64,000 nucleotides of DNA, from the NCBI RefSeq assembly GCF_009914755.1, contig NC_060941.1. The stretch is one strand, 5' to 3'. This stretch comes from the human T2T-CHM13v2.0 reference genome, Homo sapiens. Each line of letters starts with the position of its first letter. Position 1 is the first letter of the stretch. Shown here in pieces: positions 29,280 to 42,589 of this stretch. Under the pieces are notes generated by a model. That model saw only the letters and a program-made list of their open reading frames with translations. It did no database searches and was not told where the DNA came from. The translations under genes and the position numbers were made by a program.

Positions 29280-29560
29280 GGCTGGGTATGATGGCTCATG
29301 CTATAATCTCAGTGCTTCAGGAGGCTGAGGTGGGAGATTCACTTGAGGCTGGGAGTTCAAAACCAGCCTGGGCAATATGGTGAGACCCCATCTCTACAAA
29401 AAATAGAAAAATGAGCTGGGCATGGTAGTATGCACCTGCAAGAGGCGGAGGCAGGAGGATCACTGAAGCCCAGGAATTCAAGGCTGCAGTGAGTTATGAA
29501 GACACCACTGCACTCTGGCCTGGGCAACAGGACAAGATCCTGTATCTAATAAAATAAAAT
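29280..29560 (+). mobile_element. AluJ
   Basis: Diverged dimer, GAGGATCACTGAAGCCCAGGAATTCAAGGCTGCAGTGAG. Confidence 0.92.
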
Positions 29561-31454
29561 AATTCAGTTTGGCTGTTGCATCTTTTCACACATACATACA
29601 TACATGCATATATAAGGAATTTACTGAGTTTCTACCCTCATCTGTATTACATGAAAGAAGTACCTGGTTCTAATTCCTATGTCCAGCCTTGATACTATGT
29701 TTCTCTATCAACTTCACTTACCTCTAATATTGCTAGACTGAATCTAAGCAGTTTTATCAAAGAGTTCATATCCTCTATATTTCCATATTTCAGAAAATCT
29801 TTCTGTTGCTTTTGCTCGTGAGTGGCTATATGGCATGTTATGAAATACTTGAATATTGTCTATTACCACCCCAAAGTCTCCAAGAATTCCAGGATTATCT
29901 CGTAGTGTAAAGTATTACTAAGGAGAAAGGGCTTGCTTTTGTTCCTTTGTACATAATCTAAGTTTTCTGCTTGAACATTAAGAGAATCTTTAAGAATCTT
30001 TGAAATACAAACATTTTGTCAGTGTACATTTATATATGAGCCCTCCTCTTTTAGTGTGTTTTCATATGAATCTTACTTGGATGTTTTTAATAGTCTCATT
30101 ATTTATAGTTTTGAGCTTCTCTTTTAAAAGTGGAGATTATTTTATATTTCCAATAATCGAAAAATCACTTCTGTATCCATTGTTTGGTTCCATTGCCTAG
30201 ATACAACAGCTTTAGCACTATTGCTTTTTTTCTGAAAGTTCACTGGAAATAATCTAATGGCTTCCAGTGTCAGTGTTCATAGGTTAAAAAATCCCAAGAG
30301 CTACTTTTCTAGCCATACTGCTAAATCCTACTTTTAAAGAATCATCCTAAAATTTGTCACCCCATTCCTTTACTTCTATTCCCCACCAGTCTCTAGCACT
30401 CATCTGGGAAGCAGAAAGAGGTCTCTTAATCATCTGTATTTTATTAAGTGTCTAATATACTATAGGAGAAGCCAATTCTCTGTTTTTCCAACATTTCAAC
30501 TGAGTATCAGAATTTGCGGCCAAATGAATTGCAGCAAACCATTTTCTAATAGAAGAAAAAAATGCCTCAGGAGTTCTATAATGTCCCAATCAGAGCAAAC
30601 AAACCTTGGGAGTTTAGGGTACTTATCCAAACAACTCTCCCACCATAAACTAAGTGCAACTCAATTTATCTCAAAAAAGACGAAAGGGTGAGTCAACGTG
30701 GCTGTAATTTGAACTTTACAGTTCTAGGGAGTCTCCCCATTTCCAACCTGAGACTTAGACCACTAAGCTATCCCCCCAGGAGATTTATTTGCTTCTTTAA
30801 TTTCCTTGGTTAAAAATATCTGAGTCACCATAAACCAAATACTGCAGGAATCTTAACTTTTAAAAGAGCATTAAAACCACACTGATTGATTTGGCGAGAT
30901 GTTGGAAACTGTTTTGTTCTCTGACAATTATGACGGACTCAACTTGGCTCTTGGAATACCAATGAAGGAGAATACAAATGCAATATCATCTTCCACATCT
31001 GAGCCTGAGAAAGCTCACTGTTCCTCTTCATTATTTCTTAAATGGACCTTTCCAGCTGCTCCTAAATATGTACACATGTCAAGCATTTGAGAAAAGTGAC
31101 CAAGGTTTTACCTACAGTATTTCTTATGAGAGTATTGAGGACAGCATTCATTTATTCACTTATTCATCAAAAACGTATTAAGTGCCTACTATGTTTATTA
31201 TTTCCAGTGCACATGATACAAAGATGAACAAGACCTAGGCCCTTGAGGACAATCAAAATATATTATTGTCATAATAATGACAAAGAAGGGGAAGAAGAGA
31301 AGCAGAAGGGAAATATTATTTCGCCATTTTACAGATGTTGAAACACAGGCAGAGAGAGATAAAGGAAAGTGCCTTAGCTCACAACATTTGTAATCAGCAG
31401 GACCCAAATTCTAAGGCTTCAGTTGGATGAGTGCACAATCACCTCATGTACTAT

Positions 31455-31815
31455 TGTATTATTCCATCTTCATACTGCTATGAAGAAATACCTGAGACTG
31501 GGTAATTTATAAAGGAAAAAAGGTTTAATGGACTCAGTTCCACATGGCTGGGGAGGCCTCACAATCATGGTGGAAGGTGAAGGAGGAACAAAGGCACATC
31601 TTACATGGTGGCAGATGTGAGAGCGTGTGCAGGGGAACCACGCTTTATAAAACCATCAGCTCTTGTGAGGCTTATTCACTATAATGAGAACAGTATGAGA
31701 AAAACCTGCCCCCATGATTCAATTACCTCCAACTGGGTCCCTCCCATGACATGTGGGGATTATGGGAGCTACAGTTTAAGATAGATTTGGGTGGGGACAC
31801 AGCCAAACCATATCA
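31455..31815 (-). mobile_element. THE1 solo LTR
   Basis: TGTATT...GGGGACACAGCCAAACCATATCA; near-TSD ACTAT/CCTAT. Confidence 0.95.
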
Positions 31816-32304
31816 CCTATTGTCTCAATAGAAGACTGATTAAGTACATTTAAAAGGAACTCAATACAACCACGCTTGTCTCTTGATTCAGCTGGAGTCA
31901 CAGTCGCCACCTTGATCCAAGAGTTCTATCCTGTAGACTTGAGCTTTTCCCTTTTTAAGTCTCTCTCTGTTACTTTTGATGGTTTCAAGAGTGTTTGACA
32001 TGTGCTCAGACACAATTTTTTCTTGTTCCTCAGAGGCTGACATAACATCTGTTTATGACATGGCTGAAATAAGGAGGGTGTGGAGTCAGATACATTAAGT
32101 GTGTACTTTGGTGAAGAAAATGATATGATCATAATAGCTGTGAGAAACTTTATTCATTCAGCACACATGAAACACATTCTAGCATGTGAAAAGCATGCTA
32201 CTGAGCATAAATCAAATGCCATTCTGACTCCTGAGAAACACACAGCCTAGGGAGAAAGAGGCACCTTAATACCAATATTATAGTACAAACTCAATGCACT
32301 AAGA

Positions 32305-32431
32305 TGATCATTCATTCTCGATCACTTGGACAGTCCTGGGTCATGTCTGCTGTTGTGATATAATGACTAATAGGGCCAACTATTACTCTTGGAAATACCC
32401 AATGTGGATGGTAAATTATACAGTCACCCTA
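32305..32431 (+). mobile_element. MER94 (hAT MITE)
   Basis: GGACAGTCCTGG..TAATAG..GGATGGTAAATTATACAGTCACCCTA terminal repeat. Confidence 0.7.
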
Positions 32432-33846
32432 GCAGTAAGAGAAGCACATTTAAAGTATTATGGAAAGACAATAAGAGAGCAACTAATTTTCCATGGGGGG
32501 AAGATCTGGTGCTCTAAATGAGTTTTTCTGTGGTTTATAAGAAATCGCTATTTTGAGTTTAAACCGTTAACCAAATTACTCTGTTAATGTTCTGGCTGAC
32601 AAAGGAATATCCAGAAAAAAATACGTATCAGAAAGCATGTCTAATGCATGAATTGTGCCTTTTGTTAAATTGAACAATTCCAAAAAGCCATTTTCGAATA
32701 CATACTACATTCTAGACCCTGCACTAATATACATGCGTGAGTAGGTCATTGTCTTTCTAACTGAATTGTAATACCTTAAGTGCAGGGACTAAAACACACA
32801 AAAACATAACACAGTAAGTATAAAGTATGTACAGAGTGTTGAGTGAAAAGATACTTAATTCAAGCTACAGATTCAGAGACTTCTGGAAAAAACAGCTGAA
32901 CTGAGTCTTGAAGGATTAGTCAGAATTAAGGAAAATAAAAAAGAACAATTCATTTAAAAAGTCAAAGAGTCAAAATCGGAATGTAATTCAAGGTAGAAAT
33001 AATAGTGGCCCACGCAACCACCATCAGACACAAATTTTGCAGTTCTTTGGAGGAAAGGGTGCCCACTGCAAACAACAGGGATTTATACAGGACAGCTGAG
33101 CTGGAGCTAGACCATGATCAATGTTTAGGGCTAAATTGAGCCAAGTCCCAGGCACACCCAAATTTTGAAGTTTGAATTCAGTTCACAGGGAAACCATGTT
33201 ATATTGGAAGTCACTCATTAACTAAATTGAATCTATTTGATTACTTAAACTCTGGTTCTAATTTGGAAGGATGCCTCTCTCTACTCCCATGCTATCGTTT
33301 CAATTTAATTAATTCAAATAGTATATCAAAATGTCTCTGATTTCTTTATTTCCTGGAGTTTACCTGAAAGTCAACAGAAAGTGTAATCAATTGCTTCATC
33401 AGATGTTTTAAATCTAACAAATATCTTTCTATATCTGTTTTACCATCTTTTAAATACACTGAGTAACTTGTTGCTGAATACTGAATTTTCTGATACTTAA
33501 CTGATATTTACCCTATCTTCATAATCTATCAATATTGAGTAGTATTAATTATGTAAATAGCTTAGTTTGGGACTGACTCATGCTTAATAAGGCTAAATTC
33601 ACAGCCTTGTTTGAAGATGTTTATAAAACCCCCGGTGGCAGTGAGGGGAGATCTACAATCCATCTTCTGCATCATAGCTGGAAAGACACCACAACTTTCT
33701 ACATAAAGCCCAGCATTCTTTCAGAAGCCCCTCATGAGTTAAGAGTTGGGACATGAGGGTAGAACAATAGGACAGTAGAGAAATTGAAATTCTGCTCCGC
33801 GGCTTTTTTCCCTCTGCTCCAGAACACTGGAGTTCCATGCAACATT

Positions 33847-34384
33847 TGATGGAGTCTAGGAGACAGCGTTCCCAAATAGGGCCCCTTGGCATTTCAGAAA
33901 AGAGCAGACACAGGAATGTCACTCTTATCTTCCCCTAACCCCTTCCCTGAAGCAAGCCATAAAACGTAGCAGACTTCTTCTAAAGTAAGTCATGAGACCT
34001 TCATTTCAGAAGCATCCTCCCTGTACTCAGGAAAAGAACATCCTTATTCACAAAGACACAGAGACACTAAGAAGAATCTGAACAAACAGGCTTTGCTGCA
34101 GTTCCCCTCAGTTGAATACCAGTAGGTCACACCCCCTTTTGTCCTTCCATCATCTCTCCAGGAGTATCCACTTCTTCATGAAGCAGCGTAAAAATACACA
34201 GGTTTCCCTGTTTCTCTCTTTGAGACAAATTGTGCTTTCCCTCATTTCTGAAGGCTCCCATATCACATAAGACTCCTATTAAATCAATGTGTATACATTT
34301 TTTCTTTCTTCTTAATTGGTCTCTATAGGGATCTCAACCATAAAGCTAGCCAGGAGTGAGAAAAGTAGTCTTTCCTCCCCTACA
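33847..34384 (+). mobile_element. MER39B-like (ERV1) solo LTR
   Basis: TG..CA termini, GAAGAATCTGAACAAACAGGC, TTTCCTCCCCTACA end; 4-bp TSD CATT. Confidence 0.85.
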
Positions 34385-35539
34385 CATTTCACTTTTTAAA
34401 ATTCTGCTGACCAAAAAGCACAGTTCAAAGCCATTATCCTAGCTGTGTCAGCATGTCTGCTTCTGACAATTGAGCTATCTTTTCATTCAATGCTGCCTGG
34501 TAGTTAAATCACATTAGGATGCTATTTTAAGTATGTTGAATTCTATTTTAGTTGGTGCGTGTGTGTTTTTAAACTGTACCTCTGATCGACTTGACTTTAC
34601 TCCAATATATTTCATATCCAATGTTGAATTGTTGCAGAGAAATACTAAACTGCAAAATGTCAATAGCAGAGGAACTAATTTAAGAAAGAAAGTATTAAGG
34701 TAAACTGGGGTAGCAGCCCAAGCTCTGGGCTGAGAATCAAAAGACCCTGTTTCTCTTTTTGCCTCTGCCACAGAATAACTAAGCAAGGTTATGAAATGAA
34801 GGACTTGGACTATTTCCCTAAATTCCACTGCAGCCCTAAAATTCTGTGATCAAATTTGGGATATAAACATCATTCCTTTTTGATTGGATAATCAGGAAAC
34901 CATCAGCATCACAGGGTGAACGTTCTGGAAAGAATAAAGATATGCTCTGTGAATTCTTTTGTCTGTCTCTGCTTCTGTTCATGAATGCAGTGAAGAATAA
35001 AATGAAGTCAATTAGCGTTCTAGAAATTCCAGACGATGAGAAAAAAACAGGAGAGAGTAGAGAAGGAAACTAGAGCTTACAGATCACCTATGTGATGTCC
35101 TGTCCACTCTCAGAGGATACTTTCTCATCTTTTATCCCATTTAGTCCTTACAACAATCCCCCGCCCCCCACCGCAAGGTAAATGACACGATGCCCAATTT
35201 AGAGATAAGAAATTTTGGAATCTCAATAATGCCTGCTCAGGGAATTGCAGTTCATAAGAGACTGGGCTATAATCAGAAGACAGGCTGTGTGATTTCAAAT
35301 CCTATGGCTTGATAAAACATGCTAATTTTTTTATTAAATGTGACAGGTGGGTAAGTCTCTGTCATTCGAAATATGGATATAAATTCCACATGTTTGAATG
35401 CCTGGTACAATTGTTAAAGTATTAAGCTCAGAAAAAAACTTTCGATTTGGGTTATGATTTTTGGTGAGGGGAATCACATACTTTACTCAAGCTACAGGAA
35501 TATCAAGTTTCATTAGGTCAGGGTTAATGACTAAGATAC

Positions 35540-35920
35540 TGTATTAATTCATTTTCACACTGCTATAAAGGACTTCCCTGAGACTGGGTAATTTATAAAG
35601 GAAAGAGGTTTAATTGACTCACGGTTCCGCATGCCTGGGGAGGCCTCAGGAAACTTATAATCATGGCGGAAGGCGAAGCAGGCACCTTCTTCACAAGGTT
35701 GCAGGAGGGAGACGAATGAAGGAGGAACTTCCAAATACTTATAAAGCCATCAGATCTTGTGAGAACTCACTCACTATCACGAGAACAGCATGGGGAAAAC
35801 GCCCCCTGATCCAATCACCTCCCTCTCTCCACAGGTGGGGATTACAGGGCCCTCTCTCAACACGTGGGAATTACAATTCGAAATGAGATTTGGGTGGGAA
35901 CACAAAGCCAAACCATATCA
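35540..35920 (-). mobile_element. THE1D/MSTA-type solo LTR
   Basis: GAGGCCTCAGGAAACTTATAATCATGGCGGAAGG..CCAAACCATATCA; perfect TSD GATAC. Confidence 0.95.
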
Positions 35921-38900
35921 GATACCTAGCTGAACGCAGGACTTCTAAGGTCTTGGTCTAATTGCATATCATTTAAAAATATATAGTGATTCATTGTACT
36001 GAAAACTATTTTATGCTGAATCATTTATTAAATGCTTCGTTATTTTACTTAAAAAGAAGGCCTGAACTGGGAATATACTAGGATTTCCCTTATTCGACCA
36101 TAACCATGGGAAGTCTTGCAGGCTGAATGGGAACGTGGGATCACGCACTGGACAGCAGCATATCCTACAGTGTCCAGAATAGGCAAAGGGGAACAATTAC
36201 CTTCTTGACACTGGCCTTGCAGACCAATTCCTCTAGAATGATGGTAAATGGTAAAAACACACCATGATCTCTATTTCCTAAAAATTGCACCTGATTGTTA
36301 AAATCGTGCTCATAAGAATTCATTTCCAGAAAAATAAAATCTCTCATTTCCAGCCCTCAAAATCTCTCTGTCATTTTACTTGAGAGTCAAATTAGTGGAA
36401 GTGGGGTGGAGGGGGGGAATTAAATCAACTCCAACTTTCCTTCCTTCCTGGTAGCATCTCAAGTGCTGCTCAAAGCCTGGCTGACTCTTCCCATAGTTGC
36501 CCACCTGCTTAATCCAGCAACACTCTTCCTGGGCTCCCAGGGAGAATGGGGAGGCCTCTTCTGATCCCCACTGTCTGTCTTCGCAGTCACCAGCATCCAG
36601 AACTCAGAGATTGTAAGCCCCACCAGCTGCAGCATCTTTAAAACTTCTGTATTCAATTTTTTCTGATACACCATTAAGAACACCCTTTTTTTCTACGGTA
36701 ATTAGAGGGAACAGAGCTCAACTGTAAGAAATCAAGCCAATGGCTATGATTTTAGGGAGGAGCAAAGGTGAAGTGTCACAGAGTAAAAAGACGTGACCAT
36801 TATTGATTTCCTACCCAACCTCTTGGTGAAGAGGTTGCAAAGAAAGTAACAAAAAAGAGATCAAGCCCCAAGTCCCTAAATATATATGTATAAATTATAT
36901 ATTAGAAAAATGTATATACATGTAAGCATGCATATACAGATATGCATGTATGTATTAATATATATTGTTTAAAATCAGGGTCTTTTCTTTTTCCCAGTAT
37001 TGATTCCCCAGTATTGATCAGGGTCTTTTCTTTTCTCCAGTATGAAAATGAAATACAGTGCTGAGAATAAACTGGAGATCTCTGCCAGAGTTATAAAATG
37101 CAAGAAAGACCCTTAGTGGGAGATGTATGAGGGTGGATCCCAGGAGCAGGGCCGGGAAATAATAGACACTGAGGTTTGTTTCTCTCTGCAAAACAGGACT
37201 TCAGTGATACAGCGATATAATACTCTAAGATATTTTATTTTCAAAACAAGACATAACCCAACTCCAGCTCCCTAAGGAGAGCCCTACTTCCCAGCGCTGG
37301 GTCTGCATCAGGAGCCCTGGCATTTCCTCTTTAGCAGGGAGTGCAGCCAGCAAAACAATCAAGCTGTGATTGGGAGCTGAGCGCAGTGGTTAATTAAGGC
37401 TGCATCTTTTATTCTCCAGGGCAATTCAGCACAGCTTGAATGAGCCCCAGAGCCAGTCTGCGGTGGGAATGTCTCCCCGGGCAGTGGGAGAATCCAGTCT
37501 CAGGGGCTGTCTCATCAGCATGACAATAGCCCCAGGATGCACTTGGACTGATGTAATGGCCAGAGTTAGGGAGGGGGGATGAAAGCCTTGTTGCAGAAGC
37601 CTGGAGCGTTTGCAGCTGACTGGGGCTATTTCAGTGCATGAAATTCCTTCCCTCTTTCTTCCTTTTATAAGAGATGTTTGCTAATTGGTAGAGCTCAGAA
37701 AACAATATACCATTAAGAATCCCTTTCCTTCCTCCCACCCCCCACTCTCATTTTTTAAAAGTCTCTGCTTTCTTGCTTCACTGGAAGTCTCAACTTTTGT
37801 TCTGTGGTTTGCATGAAGTCTTAATTTTTCATTCTCTTTAAGAGGGAACTTATAAACAACGATTTACTAAAAGAGACTCTGCAACCGATTCTTCTGTATC
37901 AGGGGTTCCCAAATACAGCCCCCCCCCCACCACCACCACCCCTACTTTGAGAATCTTGGCTGTGGTCCTGCTACAACTCATATATTTGCCTCGTTTGTTA
38001 CACATTGATACAAAACATTTTGGAAAAGTGACTCACGGAAAGTTAGTCTGATTTTGTATTTTGTATTTTCTATTTTTTTTAATTACAAGATCCTGTTTGA
38101 ATTAATTGAATCCTTTAAGCTGACAAGCTAATGGTCAAAATGAAGACAGTATAAGGAAATGTCAGTTGAGAATCTGGGATAAATGTTGTTTGACCCTGCC
38201 ACAAATTCAGTAGGCGACCAGGGTAAGACTTTGTCCTCTCCTCTCCTGTTTGGGTCTCAGTTTGCTCATCTGTCCAAAGAGATAAGGGAGCTCAATGATT
38301 CCTAAAGTCCTTCTTGTGCTATCACTTTATAGCTCATTGAGTGGAGCCATACTTTCTTAATTGATAGAAGCTGTAAGCTCTGATATAACAGAAAATGTGT
38401 TGTGTGTTCATTCTCTAAAAGCACAAGATGTCCATAGTCCTTCTACAGTTTTGAAAATTAATGCTCTTAATGATTCTGGAAGATTTTTTTTAGTGAAGTA
38501 GGCTGTTATCTGGAACCACAAAAGATATGCACGGATTCTGATGCATCTCATCTCAGAAATCACCTGAGCAATGCACAGCTGATTAATAGAAATAAGAACA
38601 TTACTTTAGGAGAATGTTCTTCACGTTCCCAAGCATGAAGAACTCCTTTTCCTACTCTACCTTATTCCTTCTCTTCTTTCCACTTGGACAGAACCACTGG
38701 AGAGACTTTAGAGGATCTTTTAAGGGTTTCACACGAGCAGGTGGAAGAGGCTCTGGACACATCTCTGCTCACATTCTAACAAGTCACTTTCCACTCATAG
38801 TCTTTCCTTTGTATACTTTGCTGTGAATCCTGCCACATTGGGAGCATCCTTAGCTCAACCTTACTTCTAAATTCCATTAAATACTTGTCACAGTACAATA

Positions 38901-39757
38901 GGTGTTACTGCCACTAGTACCTCACCCAGACACAGCATTTCCTAAAAGCAAATACTTTTGTAAGTGGTTTAGAAGTAAGAGTTTATTCTCAAAATCACAA
39001 TCAGCATACACACCAGCTTCCTTCTTACCACTTCCGTCAGATTAGGTGAGTTGATCATAATTGAAAATATGATACCATCTTTCCCCCAGTATCCAGGTCT
39101 TTCATGAGGCTAACAAGAATCTTTGTCTAAAAATTGGAAGGTTGAATAAAACATGCGTTGGGGGATTTGTGAAGACAGAGAGTGTCCATATTGTGGTTCT
39201 CTTCTTTGGGCTGTTGAAATAAACACTTCGACATCTCTCAAGGTGTTCCTGTAAAATTTTTGATAATTGTCTGCAGAACTGACAATTCAATTCATGAAGA
39301 CGAATTCTTCCTCTTGTTATTTTCTGAGATTTAACAGAAGAAAAACAAAATAATAGAACTCTCAGAAGCTATAAAATCTACATACAGCCCCTTACTTAAA
39401 ATATAACACCTCAACCACAAAGAGCCAGGACACTGTCATTAAATAATTTCAGTTCTGGGGTTATTTCAGGTGAGCCAGGTGCTTGATCTTGCTGTTCCTG
39501 TCTTCTCCCAAAGCAGTGGAATTTCAGCAGATTCCCATTCTCCCCTCAGCAAAGATCCCGGTCACAGTAGCCAGATGAAAAGCCTCTTTGAACTTGGTAG
39601 GGGTCCATTTTATTATCATTATTATAAAACTTTAGAAAAGAATTCAGCTTGCTTGATACTTTTCTCAGGGCCAAGTCTGAGGTTGAGTAAAGGGATAAAG
39701 ACCAGCATCTTTTTAAAGGTGCCAGACTGGTCATCTGACTTTTTTTCTTGGCAAGGA

Positions 39758-39895
39758 CACACACACACAGGCACACATACACATATGCATGTACACACAC
39801 ACCTGCATGTACATGATGCACACATACACACATATATGCACAAACATACACATGCATTTATGCACACACGCACTCTCTCTCTCACACACACACAT
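39758..39895. repeat. Degenerate (CA)n tract
   Basis: Directly visible; gives the His/Thr-rich part of ORF 39470-40078. Confidence 0.9.
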
Positions 39896-40195
39896 CCAAA
39901 CAGCCACAGTTATCTTCTCAAAAGAGAAAGAGAATGTCCCTGTAGTTTAGACTGTTCGCAGCGGGGAATACAGTCTGGTAAAATGAAGACTGCACACCCC
40001 CTCCCCCTGAGGCAGCCAAAGAAATCTTTGTGCAGCCCAGGTGTTGGCTGCGTCCTCTTCACTAACATCCTGTCTTGAATTATTCAGACTCATTCATTAT
40101 GTATCCCACATAGACACAATTAAATCGTTAACTTTCCCATCAAGAGAACAGCAAAGGGACAGTAGCACTCCGCTCCTCCTTCCTCCCCGGGCTGA

Positions 40196-40209
40196 GAGCC
40201 GCCTGGTGG
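40196..40209 (-). promoter_or_regulatory. CTCF core motif
   Basis: Minus strand CCACCAGGCGGCTC versus consensus CCACCAGGGGGCGC, in a GC-rich unique patch. Confidence 0.5.
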
Positions 40210-40632
40210 AGCTGCTGCAAAGGGGAATGGTTTGCAAAGAGGCAGTGGGCTGGGGGCACTCTCTGCTCTGACAGCTGGAACCCTACTGCCCAGCCAAGCT
40301 ATTCAGCCACATAAGCACCTCTCCTGGATGTTTCCAAGGTGGGTGGGGGTGCTAAAGAAGTACGGAGCAATTCAAATTTAGTTTAGGGGTCTTCGTAAAG
40401 TCTCTGAGGCATTTCAAAGCTGCAGACGCTCATCTGTCTAGGTCAGATGACCTTTTGATCTTACTTAAATTCTGCGGACATTTTATTTTACGATGAGTTT
40501 GTGTTTAGATTCACAGGAATCTGTGGACCAAGACTCCAAATCTCTGCCAAAAAGACTCCAGGGAGATAAGCAAATTCTCAGCCTTGTATCTTCTTGAGAC
40601 CCAACGATGAGATTGAGCCAAAGGACATTCAA

Positions 40633-40634
<2 letters not shown>

Positions 40635-40674
<40 letters not shown>
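40635..40674. repeat. Pure A40 mononucleotide run
   Basis: 40 consecutive A with no adjacent Alu/L1 body. Confidence 0.97.
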
Positions 40675-40677
<3 letters not shown>

Positions 40678-41314
40678 TGCTATTGTACTATTTCTTCCAA
40701 CAGGTCTTAGTAAAAAGTGGCTTAAACAGAAAGGACCATTGCAAAAGAGCTCAGGGCATTAAATGATAAAATTATACCAAAGTTAGGTTGGGGGTGGGAG
40801 TGGGAAAGAGAGAGTTTCCATCACTTTCGTAGGTCTCCTTGCCCTGCTTCTCTGCCAGCAAGTACCTAGAACTTTGTGCTAGAGCTTTAACTGGCTCCCC
40901 ATACCAACTAAGTCAGTCATGTGTCATTGTCCACTCCTGCTGAGAACTGGCCAGATGCAATTTGGTCATTATTCTTAGGTTCTTTGAGGTGGATAATGGT
41001 AGCCACCAAGAAGCTCAAGGTGGGAGAGGTCTAATTATTTACTCCACAGACTCATTACCAGTTATAATTAAACCAAGTGTCAGATCAAATCTGTCTCACA
41101 GAGAGATATTAATATAAACATTTATTAGCAAGTGGGCACAAAGAAAGCTTACAGAAACTGTTCTGGGAGCTCAAGGAAGCTTCCGTGCCCTGTCTTTGGA
41201 GGGGATCTGGCCACCACCTTCTATGAAACTTTACCCAAGGTTGACATAATAATAGCCAGGCTAGAACTCAGTCTTCCTTATAGGTGGTCCCCAGTAACCA
41301 GAAATTCTCTAAAC

Positions 41315-41506
41315 TACTGGTTCTCAACTGGGCAATTTTGCCCCCCAGAGGACATTTGACAATGTCTGGAGACACGTTTGATTGACAAAACCCAGAAAGA
41401 GACGAATGAGGGTGCTATTGTAACTGGTGAGTAGAGAGCAAAGATGTTACTAAGCATCTTAACAAATGGCCCCAAATGTCAATGGTGCCAAGGTTTGGAA
41501 ACCCTG
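41315..41506 (+). mobile_element. MER20 (hAT-Charlie)
   Basis: TGGTTCTCAACT..TTTTGCCCCCCAGAGGACATTTGACAATGTCTGGAGAC..GAAACCCTG; degenerate 8-bp TSD. Confidence 0.9.
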
Positions 41507-41868
41507 CTCAAAGCAGATGACTGGACATAAGGCCTTTCAGATATTCATCTTAGGTTCTCAGTGCCCATATGAAGGTCTGAGCTGGCTTCTAACAGCCTCT
41601 ACCCACAGGGGTAGCCAGGTCTTTAAAATGTTTTAACCCATTCACCTCTCTCAAGTGCTCTAAGTCTAAATCAACATCCCTTCTTAATATCCCTCATGCT
41701 GATTAACAAGCTACTAATTTACAAACTGGTAACTAGCAAAAGTCTGATGTTGAGCACAGATTTCTATGACAGACATGCTTACAACATACACTTGTGGAAT
41801 TTCTTTTTTCTGACATATTGCCAGCCAACAATCCCTTGGGTGTGGACCTCTGATTAAAATGATAATGT

Positions 41869-42168
41869 GGCCAGGTGCAGTGGCTCACTCCTGTAATCCC
41901 AATCCCTTTGGAGACCAAGGCGAACAAATCCCTTGAGGTCAGGAGTTTGAGATCAGCCTGGCCAACATGGTGAAACCCTGTCTCTACAAAAAATACAAAA
42001 GTTAACCGGGCGTGGTGGCGCATGCCTGTAATCCCAGGAGGGTGAGGCAGGAGAACGTCTTGAATCCGGGAGGTGGAGGTTGCAGTGAGCCGAGATCATG
42101 CCACTACACTCCAGCCTGGGTGACAGAGCGAGACTCTGTCTCAAAAAAAAAAAAAAAAAAAAAAAAAA
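41869..42168 (+). mobile_element. AluS
   Basis: Full dimer with a long pure A tail. Confidence 0.93.
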
Positions 42169-42269
42169 GCCAGTGTGGTAGCGTGCACCTGTAGTCACAG
42201 CTACTTGGGAAGATGGCTTGAGCCCAAGGGGGAAGTTGCAGTGAGACAAGATCGTGTCACTGTACTCCA
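42169..42269 (+). mobile_element. AluJ-type right-monomer fragment
   Basis: GATGGCTTGAGCCCAAGG..TGCAGTGAGACAAGATCGTGTCACTGTACTCCA, lacking its 3' end. Confidence 0.8.

Positions 42270-42589
<320 letters not shown>

Noticed and set aside
36879-36965. Hairpin CATGCATAT-ACAG-ATATGCATG
   Set aside because: Expected by chance in TA/TG low-complexity sequence
39470-40078. 202-aa ORF
   Set aside because: Non-ATG start and kept open by a (CA)n tract; no homology
40635-40674. A40 as the MSI marker BAT-40 or a processed pseudogene tail
   Set aside because: Flanks do not match what I recall for that marker; no upstream mRNA-like sequence, poly(A) signal or TSD
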